In this document: positions 23,901 through 38,900 of the stretch, piece by piece
Layout of the letters: each line of letters begins with the position of its first letter
Position numbering within the stretch: position 1 is the stretch's first letter
Position numbers and translations under genes: made by a program
From: Callorhinchus milii
Taxonomy: Eukaryota
Assembly (NCBI RefSeq): GCF_018977255.1
Contig: NW_024704750.1
Location: 6,138,001 to 6,202,000, forward strand
DNA length: 64,000 nt
Direction of reading: 5' to 3'
Notes under the pieces: model-generated
What the model saw: the letters and a program-made list of their open reading frames with translations, nothing else
Told to the model about the DNA's origin: nothing
The model's database searches: none

Positions 23901-26900
23901 AGTTGACTTCGTAACTGCCTTTGTCAGCCTTGGAATTTCCACTACTGGATGTGCTCCTCTATATAAAACATTCAAACACATATTCAAATGATACTTTGTC
24001 TTTTAATATTAAACTTGGAATACAGCACATTTAGTGTGTATAAAAAAAATTGGTGCTGAAAAAAGCTTTGCATAAAATGTACTACGTCGAATGAAATTAG
24101 CTGTTGGGAGAAAGACGGATGCAGAATAAGTGCGGAAGGTGGGTCTGATGTGGTCTAAGAGAAATGTTTTATTCACTGTTAAACTTTGGCACTTGAGCTC
24201 GGTGTTGTTTTGCGTTGGGTTTGTTTTTATTCAAAAGGCTCAATTTTCTGTTGATTGAAGTTTGCACTCTCTCTTACTCCTGCTGACAGTTAACATTAAT
24301 CCCTCTCCCCAAAAAATAATAAAACAATAATAATTTGGTCGCTCAATCCACGACTGTTTGCAGGACACTACTGTGCGTAATTGGCCGCTGCATTTTGCCC
24401 ATAAAATATACTTTCAACTCACTTTACAGTATATACTGTGAAGTGCTTTGAGACGTCTCGAAGACGTGATGAGGCACTATATCAAATGCACGGATTATTA
24501 TTATTAAAATACAAACAGAATCACTCCAAGGATATTCAGTGAATGTGAAAGGCAGTTGTCTGAGTGCAAATGCTTCAGTGTCAGCACAAGGAAGATCTGT
24601 TTGCTGTAATTGGAACTGATAATAATTTTACTTTGGAATAATTGAACTGTCAGCATTAATCATGTTCCAACAAAAACTGTTTCTCATGGGATTCTACATT
24701 TTGTTATATAATAGCCTTCAGACAAGTTTGTAGCAAATACCAATAAATTAAAATGGTCAGACGTTATGGGAGTCCAGCATGACCTACTTGAACTTTCTTC
24801 CTGAGTTGTTTTGTGATGTTTGCAATTTCAAGAAGACTTATTACAAGATGGAAAAGCTAAAACAAACTGAATAAAGCTACTGTCCCTGTGGGCACATCTG
24901 TGGGCCCAACCTGTTCCATAAAACATAATTGTTTCAGTTTATAACTTTGCATCTACTACCATATATAATAATAAAATTAGTGTACTGTACATGTCTTATC
25001 TCGTAAGGTATATTAATATATTTTATGAAAATGCCATTTCACCTACATCTCTTTCCACCTTCTGTTATTTTTTGTTGATCATTGTGTTAATACTGCTCTT
25101 AGTACCTTTTGCGCAGCATTCATCTTAATGCAGTGAATCTTGCTGTCTGACTGTTCAAGTGGGCTTTCATCTGATTTGTACTGGATATTGAGAGGAGTAT
25201 AAAGGCTTCTATGTAAAAATCCTCAATATTGTCAATCAATCTATATTGCAAAGAACACAGTTGAAATTGGTTTAAAATGGCAAAAAAAAGTTGTATCTCT
25301 TTCCTCTGCTGCTATGTAGTTCAATTTGTGCCTATTCACTTTCTGTGCATTTAGAGGATATTCAATGTGGTACCACTCTGGTACACTGTAATGCTATCTC
25401 AAATCATTGTTTTAATTTATATTGGAAGACTTCCAGTATTGTGCAACATGTCCTACAATACTGACATTTTTGTTTTTAGTAATGCTTTGTTTATAAAGCT
25501 AAATAAATGGTGATGTTGGAAACGTATCTTTTTGGAATTATGAATAAAGTAATAAAGTGAAAAGAGTTGTTTTTGCAGCAGTAATGTTTTTTTTCCAGTC
25601 AAGAAATAAAAGGCCATTTGAGCCAGGCTGAATACGCAAAGGATTCTGGAAATCAAGAAAAGCAAGAACTTGTACAGACCTCACACCAGGAGCCTGTTTC
25701 TGAAGCAGGTATAATAACAAGAGTTAACTGCAAATGTGTGAAATCCTTACCAATTTGTGATGTGCTTTAATGCATAAGTGTTGCAATACACTTATCATTG
25801 TTTCATTAAAATGGTATTGACTGATTTATCTCTGTATTATCAGTCTTTGCTCCAGTTAAGAAAATGCCTTTAAAAATGCTTCAAATGAACTGAGCCCGAG
25901 CAGAGTGGGGAACAGGGAGGTAGGAGTTAGGTGATTGAAGGCACAGTCAGAAAGAGATTTTTCCAAGGGTTTTATATCCAAGAGGGAGTGTGCGAGGTAA
26001 AGAGAATTAGAGTGAGAATTCCAGAGAATGTGGCCAAAGTGGCTAAAAGCTTAGGTTGAAGGTTGAAGCAGACCTGAGGTTGGGGATTTAGAGGAGTAGG
26101 ACTATGGGACATAGCGTGGAGCAGGGGTGGAGGCTTTTGAAAGTTAGAATGAGGATTTTACAGTTAGGGAGTCAGTGGAGTCTGGTGAAGATGGGTGGTT
26201 GGAGATTGGTATGGAAAAAGGTATGGGCTGCAGAGTTCGGGATGATATGGAGCTTGTGGAACTTTGAGCTGGGAAGGCTGCACGAAAGGCATTGGAGAAA
26301 TTCAAATCTGGAAGGTGTGAATGTGTTTCTGCTGCATTGGGGTTAGATAGGGTGGAGATAGAGTAATATATAATAAAATAGTTTAAACTTTGACTTTGAT
26401 TTCAAAATAGAGGCATGTTGTTATTAGATATCTCTTTCCCAGGGACAAACAGCAGCCTATTGGAAAAGATTGATGGGGAAGATCTTCCCACCAGTTTCCC
26501 TGTCATTCCGCCCAGACCTGTCAACACTATATTAAGTACAGAAAGAGCAAACTACAGATACCAAGAATTGCCAATTAGTAAACATAGGGAACAGGTAGGA
26601 ACCGCCCGCTCCTCTTTTTGGTGACTATTCTTGTTATTTTGCCACCAAGGACGTTAATAATAATCCTTGCATTTGATATAAACCCATGATGAATAAGTGG
26701 GTCTAATTGGATGAAACCTTTCATGATGTAATCTGCATTTTGATTCACAACTCATTCCCTTTGGTCCATTTGATCTCATCCTTTCAAAATATCCGCCCGC
26801 CTGTTTTCCCGTTATAGCATCACTGATTAAAATCATGTAATAAAACAAAGTTAGCCACAAGGCAAAATAAAGTTTTGCAGGTCTGCAAACTAATCCTAAA

Positions 26901-29900
26901 TTCATCCCAATAATTCTATGTTGAATTGGATGGTAACTGATTGCAAATAATATTGATTTGTTGTATGCTATTACACAAATTGAGTGACAATGGGTAATGC
27001 TGCCGTATAGTTGCTGATGCAATAAGGAAAAATATAAATGTATACTAAGCCAGTATAAGACGAGTAATTCACCAATATCTGATTACATAGAAGTAACTTT
27101 TGCAAATTTATGTGGAACATTTAACTTTTTTATGACTTTCGAAATCCTAAAAGCCCATTGTGTGGTGTAAGCACAGTGTAAGGGCGAAACGTTAGGGTCA
27201 CTTTACAGTATATTCTGTGAAACACTTTGAGACATCTCAAAGATGTGATAAGGCGCTATATCAAATGCAAGCATCCAAGTAACCATAACTTATATAAATG
27301 ATGTAATCATTACAGATAACTACGGAATAGCATGGGATTAATAATCTAGCCAGTGAATGTTGCTTTCAGATTTTACTTTAAAAATACTGTACATTCTGAA
27401 ATTCAGCATGCCAACTCCATCTTGTGGCTGTTGTGTGCAAAGCAGTGGTAGGTTTGTGAATTGTGACAAATAATTCAAGTTCAAACAATATGCCACTAGT
27501 GTGCATTGAATATGTTATATACTGCTAGATTATTCTCCAGTTTGGTAGAGATTTCAACTATGTCTAAAAATCAGTTCCAGTAATGTGTAACTTTCAAGTT
27601 TATGCACATGAAGAAAAGTTTGTGTACATGACAATTAATTTGAGATTTTATTTTGTGTTTCCAGTTAGTTAATCTCATCGAAAACAATTCAGTAGTGATT
27701 GTGCGAGGGGTTACCGGCAGCGGTAAGAGTACGCAACTACCTCAATACATTTTAGACCACTACTGCAAAACCTCTTCCTACTGTAAGATTGTAGTAACGC
27801 AGCCACGGAAGATTGGAGCAATCAGCATTGCGCGCTGGATTTGTAGAGAACGTCGTTTGTCTTTAGGAGGATTGGTTGGGTATCAGGTACAGCGAAATGC
27901 ACATTTGTACATATTACATTGTATTTTATGTTTTTTTTAAAAAAGCCTTCTGCTTAGAAAAAATCTTTGAAGCTTTATTCTGAGACTGATATACAAAAGA
28001 TTGACTCATGTGTAAAAAGTATGATTTAAAAAAAAATCTGTCCTATGTTGTTTTTAGTGTCTGGCTATCCTTGAGTGAACAGTGATTTGTGAACCCCCAC
28101 AACTTATACATTTGATATGAATTAATGCGTGTGATTTTTTTTGTTAATATCTGAAATGTTTGCAAATATCTAGTTTGATGATTGATTAGAAATGTGGATT
28201 TCATTCATTCTGTATCAGTCCAGCAGTATGGCATTTTTTAGCAAAATGATACCCGACTAGAGTGAAGGCAGACTGTGGAAGCAATTTTCATTCCATCCAA
28301 TTCAGCTTGCCTTGCTAAGATTGTTTAAAAGCTACAGTTTATGTTGTATTTTAAATTTAGGTTCAATTTAGACACTAATTACATTATGGAATTAATGTTA
28401 AACAACTACAAATGTGGCCTCTTCTACGCATTGGATTGTTTCAGAAATTGATTATCCATACAGGAAAACAAACTTAAATGATTACTATTTTAAATGCTTA
28501 ACTACTGTTGTGGTATTTTTAAAGACTGCTTTTATATTATAAAATATAGAAACTAGTTTGTCTCATTACATTTTGACTTGATACTGGCCATTTCTCATGT
28601 ACAGCCATATGCATAGTGTAAGGTAATGATCTAGAAGCCTTTGGTGTGTCTTGTTTAGATACCATGGTCAATTATTTACAAATATTATCTTGATTAATTG
28701 ATGTTTCTTTTTTTTGAATTAAGGTTGGTTTAGAAAAAGAAACTACCACGGATACACAACTATTTTATGTTACAACAGGGATTCTACTCCATAAAATTGT
28801 CAGTGCAAAGTGCCTGACTGAATTTACGCACATCTTCATTGATGAAGTAGGCTACTTCTCATGTTATTGACCCACTAGTAAAAGTTACTTACATTGGAAT
28901 TCTGGGCAACAACAATTTACATCTGCATAGCACCTTTCACGTCGGGAGGATGTCCCAAGGGATTTAGACCTGAGCAGGAGGTTGAGCTCGGGAGAGGTGG
29001 AGGGCAGGGAGGATAGGGGTAGGAGGATGACCCAAGGTGCAGTCCAAAGATGAGGGTCTTGAGATGTGGCTTGAAGGAGCAAGGATTTCCTGTGATGGAT
29101 TTCCAAAGGGTGGGGGCAGAGAGGCCGAAAGTCCGACTACCAATGGTGAGTTGGGCTGGGCGTGGGATATGGAGCAGCCTGCTGAGCGGAGTGAATGGAC
29201 AAGTCTATATGTCGTTAGCTGGTCACACAGGTAAAGGGAGCAAGGCAATGGAGGGCTTTGAAGGCAAGGATGAGGATTTTGAACTCTATCCTCTGGGGGA
29301 TGGGGATACAGTGGAGTCGGGTGAAGGTGGCGGTGATAGGGTCACAGAGCCTAGTTCGGGAAAGGACACGAGCTGCAGAGTTCTGAATGATCTGCAGCTT
29401 ATGGAGGGAAGAGTTGGGAAGGCCAACAAGCAGGGAATTGATGTAATCAAGCCTAAATGTAACAAATGCATGGATGAGGGTCTTGGCCTGAGGAGAGTGG
29501 CAGTGGCAGACCCAGTTGATGTTGCGCAGATGGGGGAAGGCAGAATGAGTTATGGCACAGATGTGGGGTAGAAAGGACAGTTGAGGGTCAAACAAGAAAC
29601 AAATTATATTATACCATTGTTCCTTTTTCCCTCTATGACTTTGGACTACCCTTTGTTTAAGATAAACTTTCCTGCACATATTTTGACATCTGTTTTAATC
29701 ATACCTCATGGATGTACACTATGTGATAGGCAAAGTGACATCTGTTGTCTCCAACATTGAACCATGCTGACCTGTCTGCTAGCAGAAGGTAATTACTTTT
29801 GTGCCTACCTATTTTTCCCCTTTGTAGGTCCACGAACGTACAGAAGAAATGGATTTTTTGTTGCTCGTTGTCCGCAAACTTCTGCGTACAAATTCAAGAT

Positions 29901-32900
29901 TTATTAAGGTGAATAGCAGATGCGTTTTAAGCATGTATTTTACTAATGAGATAAATTTCTGTCATTACTTTAATCTGCACTATTTAATTCAAAAGCATAG
30001 GACATTATTATGTTGCAGTCAGTGTGCATGTTATAAATGGAATGACTGAGAAGCTATAAGTCTCAGAAGACAGCAAGATGGTTGTTGTGGGAAAATGTTC
30101 TCATATTGGTCGCTAAGGGGTGCTATTCTAAAATTAGATTGAAGCAGATGAAGATAATTTCTAATATGGATCTAACTGCTAAACATAATTTGAGAATGCT
30201 TGTGACTGATAACTGAATGCTAGAATTGTATTTCCCAACCTGACATTCTTTCCGTTTACCGGAAATCTAACTTGGGTAAAACTTCAAATCACTTCCTGCA
30301 CAACATTTTATGAATTGGTTAGAAAAAATATTCAACACTTAGTACTCAATAGCATATGTAAAGTAAAGGACTTGCATTACATCGCCCATTATGTTGAAAT
30401 GTCTCAAAGTGCTTCACAAACAAATGCTGTTAAGTGGTCTCCAACCTATACTGTACCGTTCTGTCAGGTGAAGAGGGCTGCTAGGATAGTAAGTTGTATA
30501 GTGATGAAAAAGTAAGAGCTTTGCTTACAAATACAGACATGACACTTTACAGTAACATCTTGTGATGCGCTTTGAGATGTTTGGATAGTGTAAACAGGCA
30601 CTATATCAAATGCAAAGTTAATTATTTTATGTATAGGTTCTCAATTTAGTTTCTGATTTGAAGTGGCCTTGAAAGTTATTAATTCTCAAATTGTCATAGG
30701 TAATCCTGATGTCCGCGACAATCAATTGTGAGGAATTTGCAGATTACTTTGCAGTACCATTCCGAAACAGTTTTACCCCTGCTTATATATTTGAGGTGGA
30801 TGGAGCCCCACATAATGTTGAAGAATATTATCTTGATGATCTCAAAAGACTTGCTCGTTTCCAGGTATGGTTGGAAAAAAGAACTTTTCAATAAAGGGAA
30901 TATATTTTCTTTTTCGATTGGTATATTTAATATTGCAGCACATGCAGTGCTTAGTTTTGTTTTCTGATCGTTTTAGGAATAGATTTACAACTTTATCGCT
31001 CTATAGATACATTGGGTAGGCACATAATATGCAGACAGATCTGAGCATCACTTATCCTTTTCTGCATTTCATAGAGTTTGATTTGAATTCACTTCACTCC
31101 TTGAAGTTTTAGGGTATCTCCTAGAAAGTGCTGATACTTAATGGTAATGAGAATTTACTATGAGCTGATTAGTGATTAGGAGAGCTCGGGTGGTTTGTTT
31201 ACAGACAGTTGAGGTGATTTTTTTTCCTTTACTCAATTCAAGATTTGACATGGGTAATGGACAATAATTCTTGCTGCATTCATACCATTAATTTATGTTA
31301 TGGAAAAGTTGGGGAAATAATGGCAACACCAATAGAGCTTTGATATTTTGGGGATATGAATGGTTATGGATTGGGTAATGAAAGATGGATAATCTGAGGC
31401 ACTTAAATTGCTCTATTTTGGTACTCTTCTATTGAATCTGTTTTTTCACATAATCCTAGGTACCACCTTTGTTTTCTAATGAGCCAGTAATCAGCTCAGA
31501 GATTTATAAAATAGCTGAGGTGCTGATCCTAAACTTTGATGAGATGGAAAATAAAGAACAAGGGTAAGTGACCTGCAAGACATAATTGAAGTGCTTGAAA
31601 AGATCAACTGCTTTATTTTGGACAATTAAATGCATACCTATTCATACAGCATTACATATAACATTCCTCAGAAAACAAATTGTTTAGATATAAAACTTTG
31701 TATGAAATATTTAATCTTGAATTTGATTATTTCTATTGCAATAGATTATCAGGATTGCCTTTGGATTGTGGCAGTGTCTTAATATTTTTACCAGGTAATC
31801 TTTAAAAGTTACGTAGAACTATTTCAAAAAAGAGATCTGATTAATCATAGCAATGTTCAACTTAACTCTACTTTTTTCCAAAGCTACTATAAATTTTCAG
31901 TTAGTTGAAGTGAAACTAATTTATGTAATCTCAATCTTGACCCTATCTGGTTTCCTGGTTTAGATAAATCTTAGGTCAAAGTGAGTAAACCATAGAATTG
32001 CCAATATCGTTGGTACTAATTTGAGGGGTTATTTAGAGGGGATGACTTGTGTGAATAATGAAATGTGTAAGGCGGAGAAGGGCCTTTTTTAAAGTTGATC
32101 TTAAATTTATGCCAGATTAACAATTATAGTAGATTATGATTTTTGTTTTATGAACTTTATCTTTTCCTATGTCCTGCCAGTGAATACAATCTGCCAGCAG
32201 AAATTGTTCTTAATAGCTAGGAAGGCATTTAAAAATAGAATTTGCATGTTTCAGGTCTGGAAAGAACAAGATGTCTTGTTCATCTTCTAAAAGTAGAGAA
32301 CCCCATGGTGCCAAATTGCCTGAGCAATCATTTATAATTTGTAAAGCTTGGCCTAATACTATCTACAATCACTTTCAAGTGGTTTTTTTTCTTTCGACTT
32401 CTGATACAAGGTCATATATTCATACTTTAATATAAAAATGAGAATTTGAACGCATTGGAGTCTGTAGCTCAGTGGTTAGAGCACTCGCCTTGCAAGTGAG
32501 AGACCTGGGTTCTATTCCCGGCAATGCAAAATGTTGTGAAAGTTTCCTTACTCTACATGTGCCTGTTTACCGAGCAGTATGTAGGAACCCGGTTGTTAGT
32601 CGATTGGCCGATCGCATTTCCGGTGATGATAATAATAATACCAAACAAAAATAATAATAATTTGGTCAGTCAGTACGCGACTGTTTGTGGGACACTGCTG
32701 TGCGCAATTGGCTGCCGCGTTTCGCCCACAAATATACTGTCAATTCACTTTACAGTGAATTTTACAGTCTAGAAGACGTGAAAGGCGCTATATCAAATGC
32801 AAGGATTATTATTATATGTTTGCCTGCAAATAGTCATTGCCCTTGACGACAATTACTTGTGAAGAACTTTGAGACACTTCAGCATTACCGGTGGCATATC

Positions 32901-35900
32901 ATATCCAAAGATGATGATATTGGAAAAGTATTCTGAATTTTTCTCCCCTTTATAAATCTGATCTACCTTTTTTATGTCTGAAAAATTCTTATTGCATGTG
33001 GAAGCAAATCTCTCTTTCTCTATAGGTATTGCAGAAATAAATTACATGCATGACGTTTTTACATCTATGGTTCAAAAGAGGTAAGAGACAAGTTATTGTC
33101 ATTTTTTGTAGTGAATAGAATGATGTCAATTTGAAATTCTTCACTTACTATGAGTGTAGCAAAGAAGCACTCTACTTGTGTGTCAGCCTAGCTTAGTTGG
33201 TAGCACTTCTGAATCTGAACCAGAAGGTTGTGGATTCAAGCACTACACTGGGACTAGGTTAACACTCCCAATGCAATGTGGTGAGAGTGCTGTGTTGTTG
33301 GAGGTGCCATCCTTCAGATGAGATGTTAAAACAAGGTTCTGTGCCTGTCCAGGTGGACATTAAAGATTTTGTGGTACTATTTGAAAAGAGAACTTAGTGT
33401 TCCTCCCGATGTGCTGGCCAGCTATCCTACAAATAAAATTGGTCATTTGTTTCATAGCTGTTTGTGGGACATCCAAACTAAGCTGCGATTTCCATGCATC
33501 CCACCTACACATGGAAATCCCAGAGATAGATAGTTGGAATGCAATGCGAACTCTCTCCCTCATGTGTAGGTTGGCAAGAACCAAGGCTTGGGCACCTCGG
33601 AGTGTGCGTTGGGGTACTGCTGGAGTCTAACCTGCTAAATAGCTTGCCATTGATATAGTTGTCTGGAAAGCTCTCCCACTGCATATCCAGCTAGGACCAC
33701 CCTACCAGTTAGGGCTTTGGCTTGCAGAGTTAATGGGAGCTGAGTGGGATGATTCCTTGCCAGCAGTGACTGGTCTGCCCTTTCAAATCCTGCTGATAAG
33801 CCAAGCTGACTGTGTTGTCATCAGCAGTGGCTCTCAGTGCCTTGTTAAGGGGAAGGTTAAGAGACCTCCGTATATTGGCTTAGTCATTGCTTACAAAATC
33901 AAAACAAATTGTTCAGACAATCTTACAACAGGAATAGACTAAAGTGATCCCTCCACTCATTTTTCATTCCACATTTTTCATTTGTATTAAATCTGAGAGA
34001 TTTTTGTTCGAGAAAATATTCATATGTATGTTATAATTAAAATTCTCAGACTTAGTTATTCTGATTGGTAGGCTTCATGTATACCCTCTACACTCAAGTG
34101 TGACCTTGGAAGAACAGAATGATGCATTCCTGACCCCTGTACCTGGCTACAGAAAGGTAAGGAACAACACAACCTTGAAAAGTGTATAGTATTAGGGTTT
34201 TTTGTAGTGTGATTCCATTGGATTTGTGATTAATTGACAATTAGAACAATTATTTCTTAATTTTGGTTAACTGTACTGTTTGCAGAAATGACCAGGTGTT
34301 AATTATTTTCAATAGTAAGTAACCGAAGTAAGCAGAGAAACAAAATTATAATGGTGTCAAGAGATATTTCCTAAAATTATGTTATTTGCTTGTCTTTTGT
34401 AAGAAACGTGAATGCTTATCCCTTTAGTTTGTGACTTTTAATTTCTTTCATGAAACTTTGCCTTCCCTGCAGGTTACTGCACCTCTCGTAATATGTAAAT
34501 GGTCATTTAATGTTGCACGCTAACCCAATATTTTATAATCTTCAATAGATTATTCTGTCAACCAATATTGCTGAGAGCTCTATTACTGTTCCAGATGTCA
34601 AATATGGTAAGTCCTGATTGCTGTATTGTTTTAATACAAGATTTATATTATTCACAGCTAAAAGTCTGCACTGTTTAGGTAAAATATGCAAGAAAGCATT
34701 TTTAAAAAATCGTTTTTCGAATATTTAAAAATAAAGAAAATAAACTTGCAACCTTACAATAAAGGATCAAATAAACAATCAAATTGTATTTATATAACGC
34801 CTTTTACATTGGAAGGAGATACCAAGGCACTCTACGGTCAAGGGTTTGCCCCCAACTTGGGGGCTGGATTTAGGAGGTTGGGGCAGAGGGATTGGGGTGG
34901 GAAGATGACCAAATGTACTGTCAAAGAGGAAGATATGAGATGGATTGTGAAGGAGGCAAGGGAAGAGACAAGGCGAAGGTACTCAGGCATGGAGTTTCAG
35001 AAAGTGGGGGCAGAAAGGCTGAGGGCCTGACTGCTGATAGTGGGGCAGGCACATGAAGCGGTCCAGAGCCTGCAAAGCGGAGGGAGCCGGCTGGTAAACT
35101 GTTTCATGGTCACTTAGGTCAGGTGGTGCAAAACCAAAGAAGGATTTAAAAAAGATGACCAGAATCTTGAACTCTATCCTCTGGGGAGCTTGGGAGCCAA
35201 CAGAGCTGGACATGGGTGCAGGAGAGGATACAAGCTACAGAGATCTGAATGGTCAGCAGCTTGTGGAGGGAAGAGTTGGAAAATCCGACGGTGGGGAAGA
35301 CGAGTTGTTGGCAGATACAAAAAACTGAAATAAAACCATGATTTTAGTAGTTATGTTTTTGTTCTAAATTTGCAACAACTTGCATGTATATAGCACTCTT
35401 CATGCAGGTAACGTCTTTGAGTGCTTGTAATTAGAAATAACCTTAAGAATTAAACCTGCAAGCATTAATTGCCGCATTTTTGTGGTCATAATTGTGTTAA
35501 GTAATGTCATTAGTGTTATTTGCATTGAATTTTGGTTTATTCAACATTGTAAGTGTTAATCTTTGATCCAATGTGGCAGTGATAGACTTTTGCTTGACTC
35601 GTAACTTGGTCTGTGATGACGACACAAACTACCAGAGCCTTCGTCTTAGCTGGGCTTCCAAGGCGAGCTGCATTCAGAGGAAAGGTGAGATTTTAGTGTA
35701 TTTTAACTTTACCATACATTTTTGAAGTAAATATATTATTCGGCCTGAAGTCTTGAGCCTATTTTTGGCAGATGAATGGCATTTAAATTACGTAAAAATG
35801 CAAACAGTGCCTTTTTGTCTCATTGCAGAACTATATACTTTTGCTAACTCAAAGTGCTTCAGTCAGCACAGTACATTGTTCTGCAATAAAAAAGTGCAAG

Positions 35901-38900
35901 GTTTGCATTTTTAAAATTATGCCACAACGTGTCCACAAGTTGTGCATTATATCAGCCCACCCGCCCCACCGTTGGCGGGAGAGTCTTCAGCCACTCTGCC
36001 CCCAACCTCTGGAATTCCATCCATCAATCACTCTTCCTTGCCCCTTCCTTAGCCTCCTTCAAGTCCCTCCTCAAAACCTTCCTCTTCGACCATGCCATCG
36101 GTCACTTCCCCCCCCCCCCCTCCCTCCCTGACCCCAGCTTGCGTCTGAAATGCTGTACACTTTGGGACGTCTAGAAGACGTGAAAAGCACTATATCAAAT
36201 GCAAGTATTATTATTACACTGTCCAGCGCCTTGGGATGTCCTCCCGACTTGAAACATGCTATACAAATGTAATGTTTTTTACCCCCTTAAAGCTAGATCA
36301 AAACTTAAACTTATACCGTTAGCTAAGTTTCAACTTAGAGAAATTACATTGTTTCCACTTTGAAAACAAATATTATTTACACTTGAAATAGGTCGTGCTG
36401 GACGCATTTCAAAAGGGTATTGTTATCGACTGGTGACAAAAGATTTCTGGACCCACTGCATTCCTGATCATGCAGTACCTGAGATGCAGGTAAATCCCTC
36501 TTTTGTATGGGGAAACCCTTCATCTTGCTTTATGCTGCACAATGTAAACTTAAAATAAATGGGGCAAATTCTTTAAATTTTCATCCAATAAAGTTTGTGT
36601 TTTGTATGCCAGACTACAACAACAACAGACTATATACACTAAAGAAAATTACTTAATGATTGCGGATTGGTCATCTTCTAGAAATATAGTGTTGGTTCTT
36701 TTTGTTGAAATTGTAAACTAAATGCATTTGTGGCATTGAGGAAATAATAATAATAATAATCCTTGCATTTGTTATAGTGCCTTATCACATCTTTGAGACA
36801 TCTCAAAGCGCTTCACAGAATACACTGTAAAGTGGATTGACTATATTTTGTGGCCAAAAATAGTTTTTTCAATACCTTTTTGAATGTTTTAGCGCTGCCC
36901 ATTGGGAAGTACTGTCCTTAAAACCAAACTGCTCGATATGGGAGAGCCAAGAGCTTTGCTGGCATCTGCTTTATCTCCCCCCAATCTGAGGGACATTGAA
37001 CGAACTGTCGTCCTGCTGAAAGAGGTGAGCTGCTGGTGGGGCCCTGGGTCTGATTTTTTTTCAGTAGATCTCAAAATGACAGTATTACAAATTTTGCACA
37101 AACTACTTCATTGCAGTTCATTCGAACAAGTCATTTTTACTTTTTTCTACTTCAAGGTTGGAGCACTTTCGATAGGAATTAAAGAAATAGAAAATCCATA
37201 TGATGGTGATTTAACTTTCCTCGGAAGGGTACTGGCACATTTACCTGTGAATTTGCAATTAGGAAAACTTGTTGTGCTGGGTCATGTCTTTGGCTGCCTA
37301 GAAGAGTGCCTAATTATTGGTAAGAACGTTGCAATAGATTATAGTTACAAAACTATTCAGCACCTTGGAACGTCCTCCTAATCTGAAAGGCGCTTTACAA
37401 ATGTAATTTTGTTGTTAATAGATTTATTCAACTGTACTCAAATGTTTTTGAAAAAAATCAAAGATACAGATGTAAAAGTTTTCCAAAACTGATTTGAATG
37501 AACAATATTTCTCTTTGTAGCTGCTGCTCTTTCACTGAAAAACATTTTTGCAATGCCTTTCAAACAGCACCTAGAAGGATACCGGTAAAGTTGAATTTTA
37601 CATATTTTCAATAAACATAAAATTTTATTAAAGGTGAATGCTATTGTTGCAAAATATCTATATACTGTATTTCTACTCGCATGATATATTCCTACTATAA
37701 TATTGTTCATGCAGTGTTTGTTCATTTGTCACAATTTTAAGATGCATAAGACTATTATTGCATGCTGTGACTTCAAATCCAAATTCACTTGAACAGATTG
37801 AATATAGAATTAATAAATAAGGTCAATGCCAAAAGAAAAAACAAGTATAAATAGCCAACAACTTTGAGTTGCTTTATCTTCTCGCTTTCATCTGAATTGG
37901 TGGGAGGTACTCAAGAAGGTATTCTTTCTTATGTTCTGAAGGTGTAATGATGAGTTTCTGCATAATAGTAGTTTACAACTTATAGAAAAAAACGATTACC
38001 CTTTCAAAACGTGATTGTGTTTAAGTTTTTACTGACTTATAAAACAATCCACTCCCCTAATTCTGAGTTGAGAACTGGTTGTAAATTTAAAGTGTAGTGC
38101 AGTTGTAATTTTGGAATAATCTGTTGAATTATTGTTTTTTCCTAACACTTATGATTTACATCCAGGAACAAAATGGAGTTTTCAGGTGGAACATTAAGTG
38201 ATTGCATAGCAATTGTGAATGCATTCAAGGTAACAAAATATCTTTCAAAAATTGTTTTCAGCTTCACAGGATTTTTCTGTGATCCACTCTAATTCCAGTT
38301 TAATTGAAATTTGTACTTCAACTAAAAGTGAATAATGAATAACTTGTATTGCTTCCTCATTGCCAATCTTGATACATTTTCATTTTTGATTATTTAAAAA
38401 AAAACTTTCCAATTCTCTGGTTTGATGGTGGTGACACAGTAAAGCTTTAGGAATGCCAACAGCTTACTTTATACTTATAAAGTGGACATTCATCTGTCGG
38501 TTCAGACAAGAAACATTGGCAGAATATTGAATTGTGGGAACATCACATCTTAAATTCATTATTAAATTGAAAACTGGCTCCTTTTAAGAACTGTAAAAAA
38601 CTGACTTCTAAACTAAGACNTTTTTTTGCACAATTCCACTCAATCATAAATTTTAAGGAAAAACATTCTTGCAAGCTAAAAGTAAATAAGTAAATTGGAA
38701 GTAGGGTGAATCACAGAAAAATCCTGTAAAGCTCATTGTGATTATAACAACGTCATAAGATGCTATATTAAATGCAAGGAATCTTCATTATCGTACTTGC
38801 AAGTAATTCTTGTTATTTGACTTTGATGGCAAGTGGAAATTGTAGTCCTCAGAAGCCAAGCATATAGCAAAACGAATGATTTAGTGAGTGTTTCAGAATG

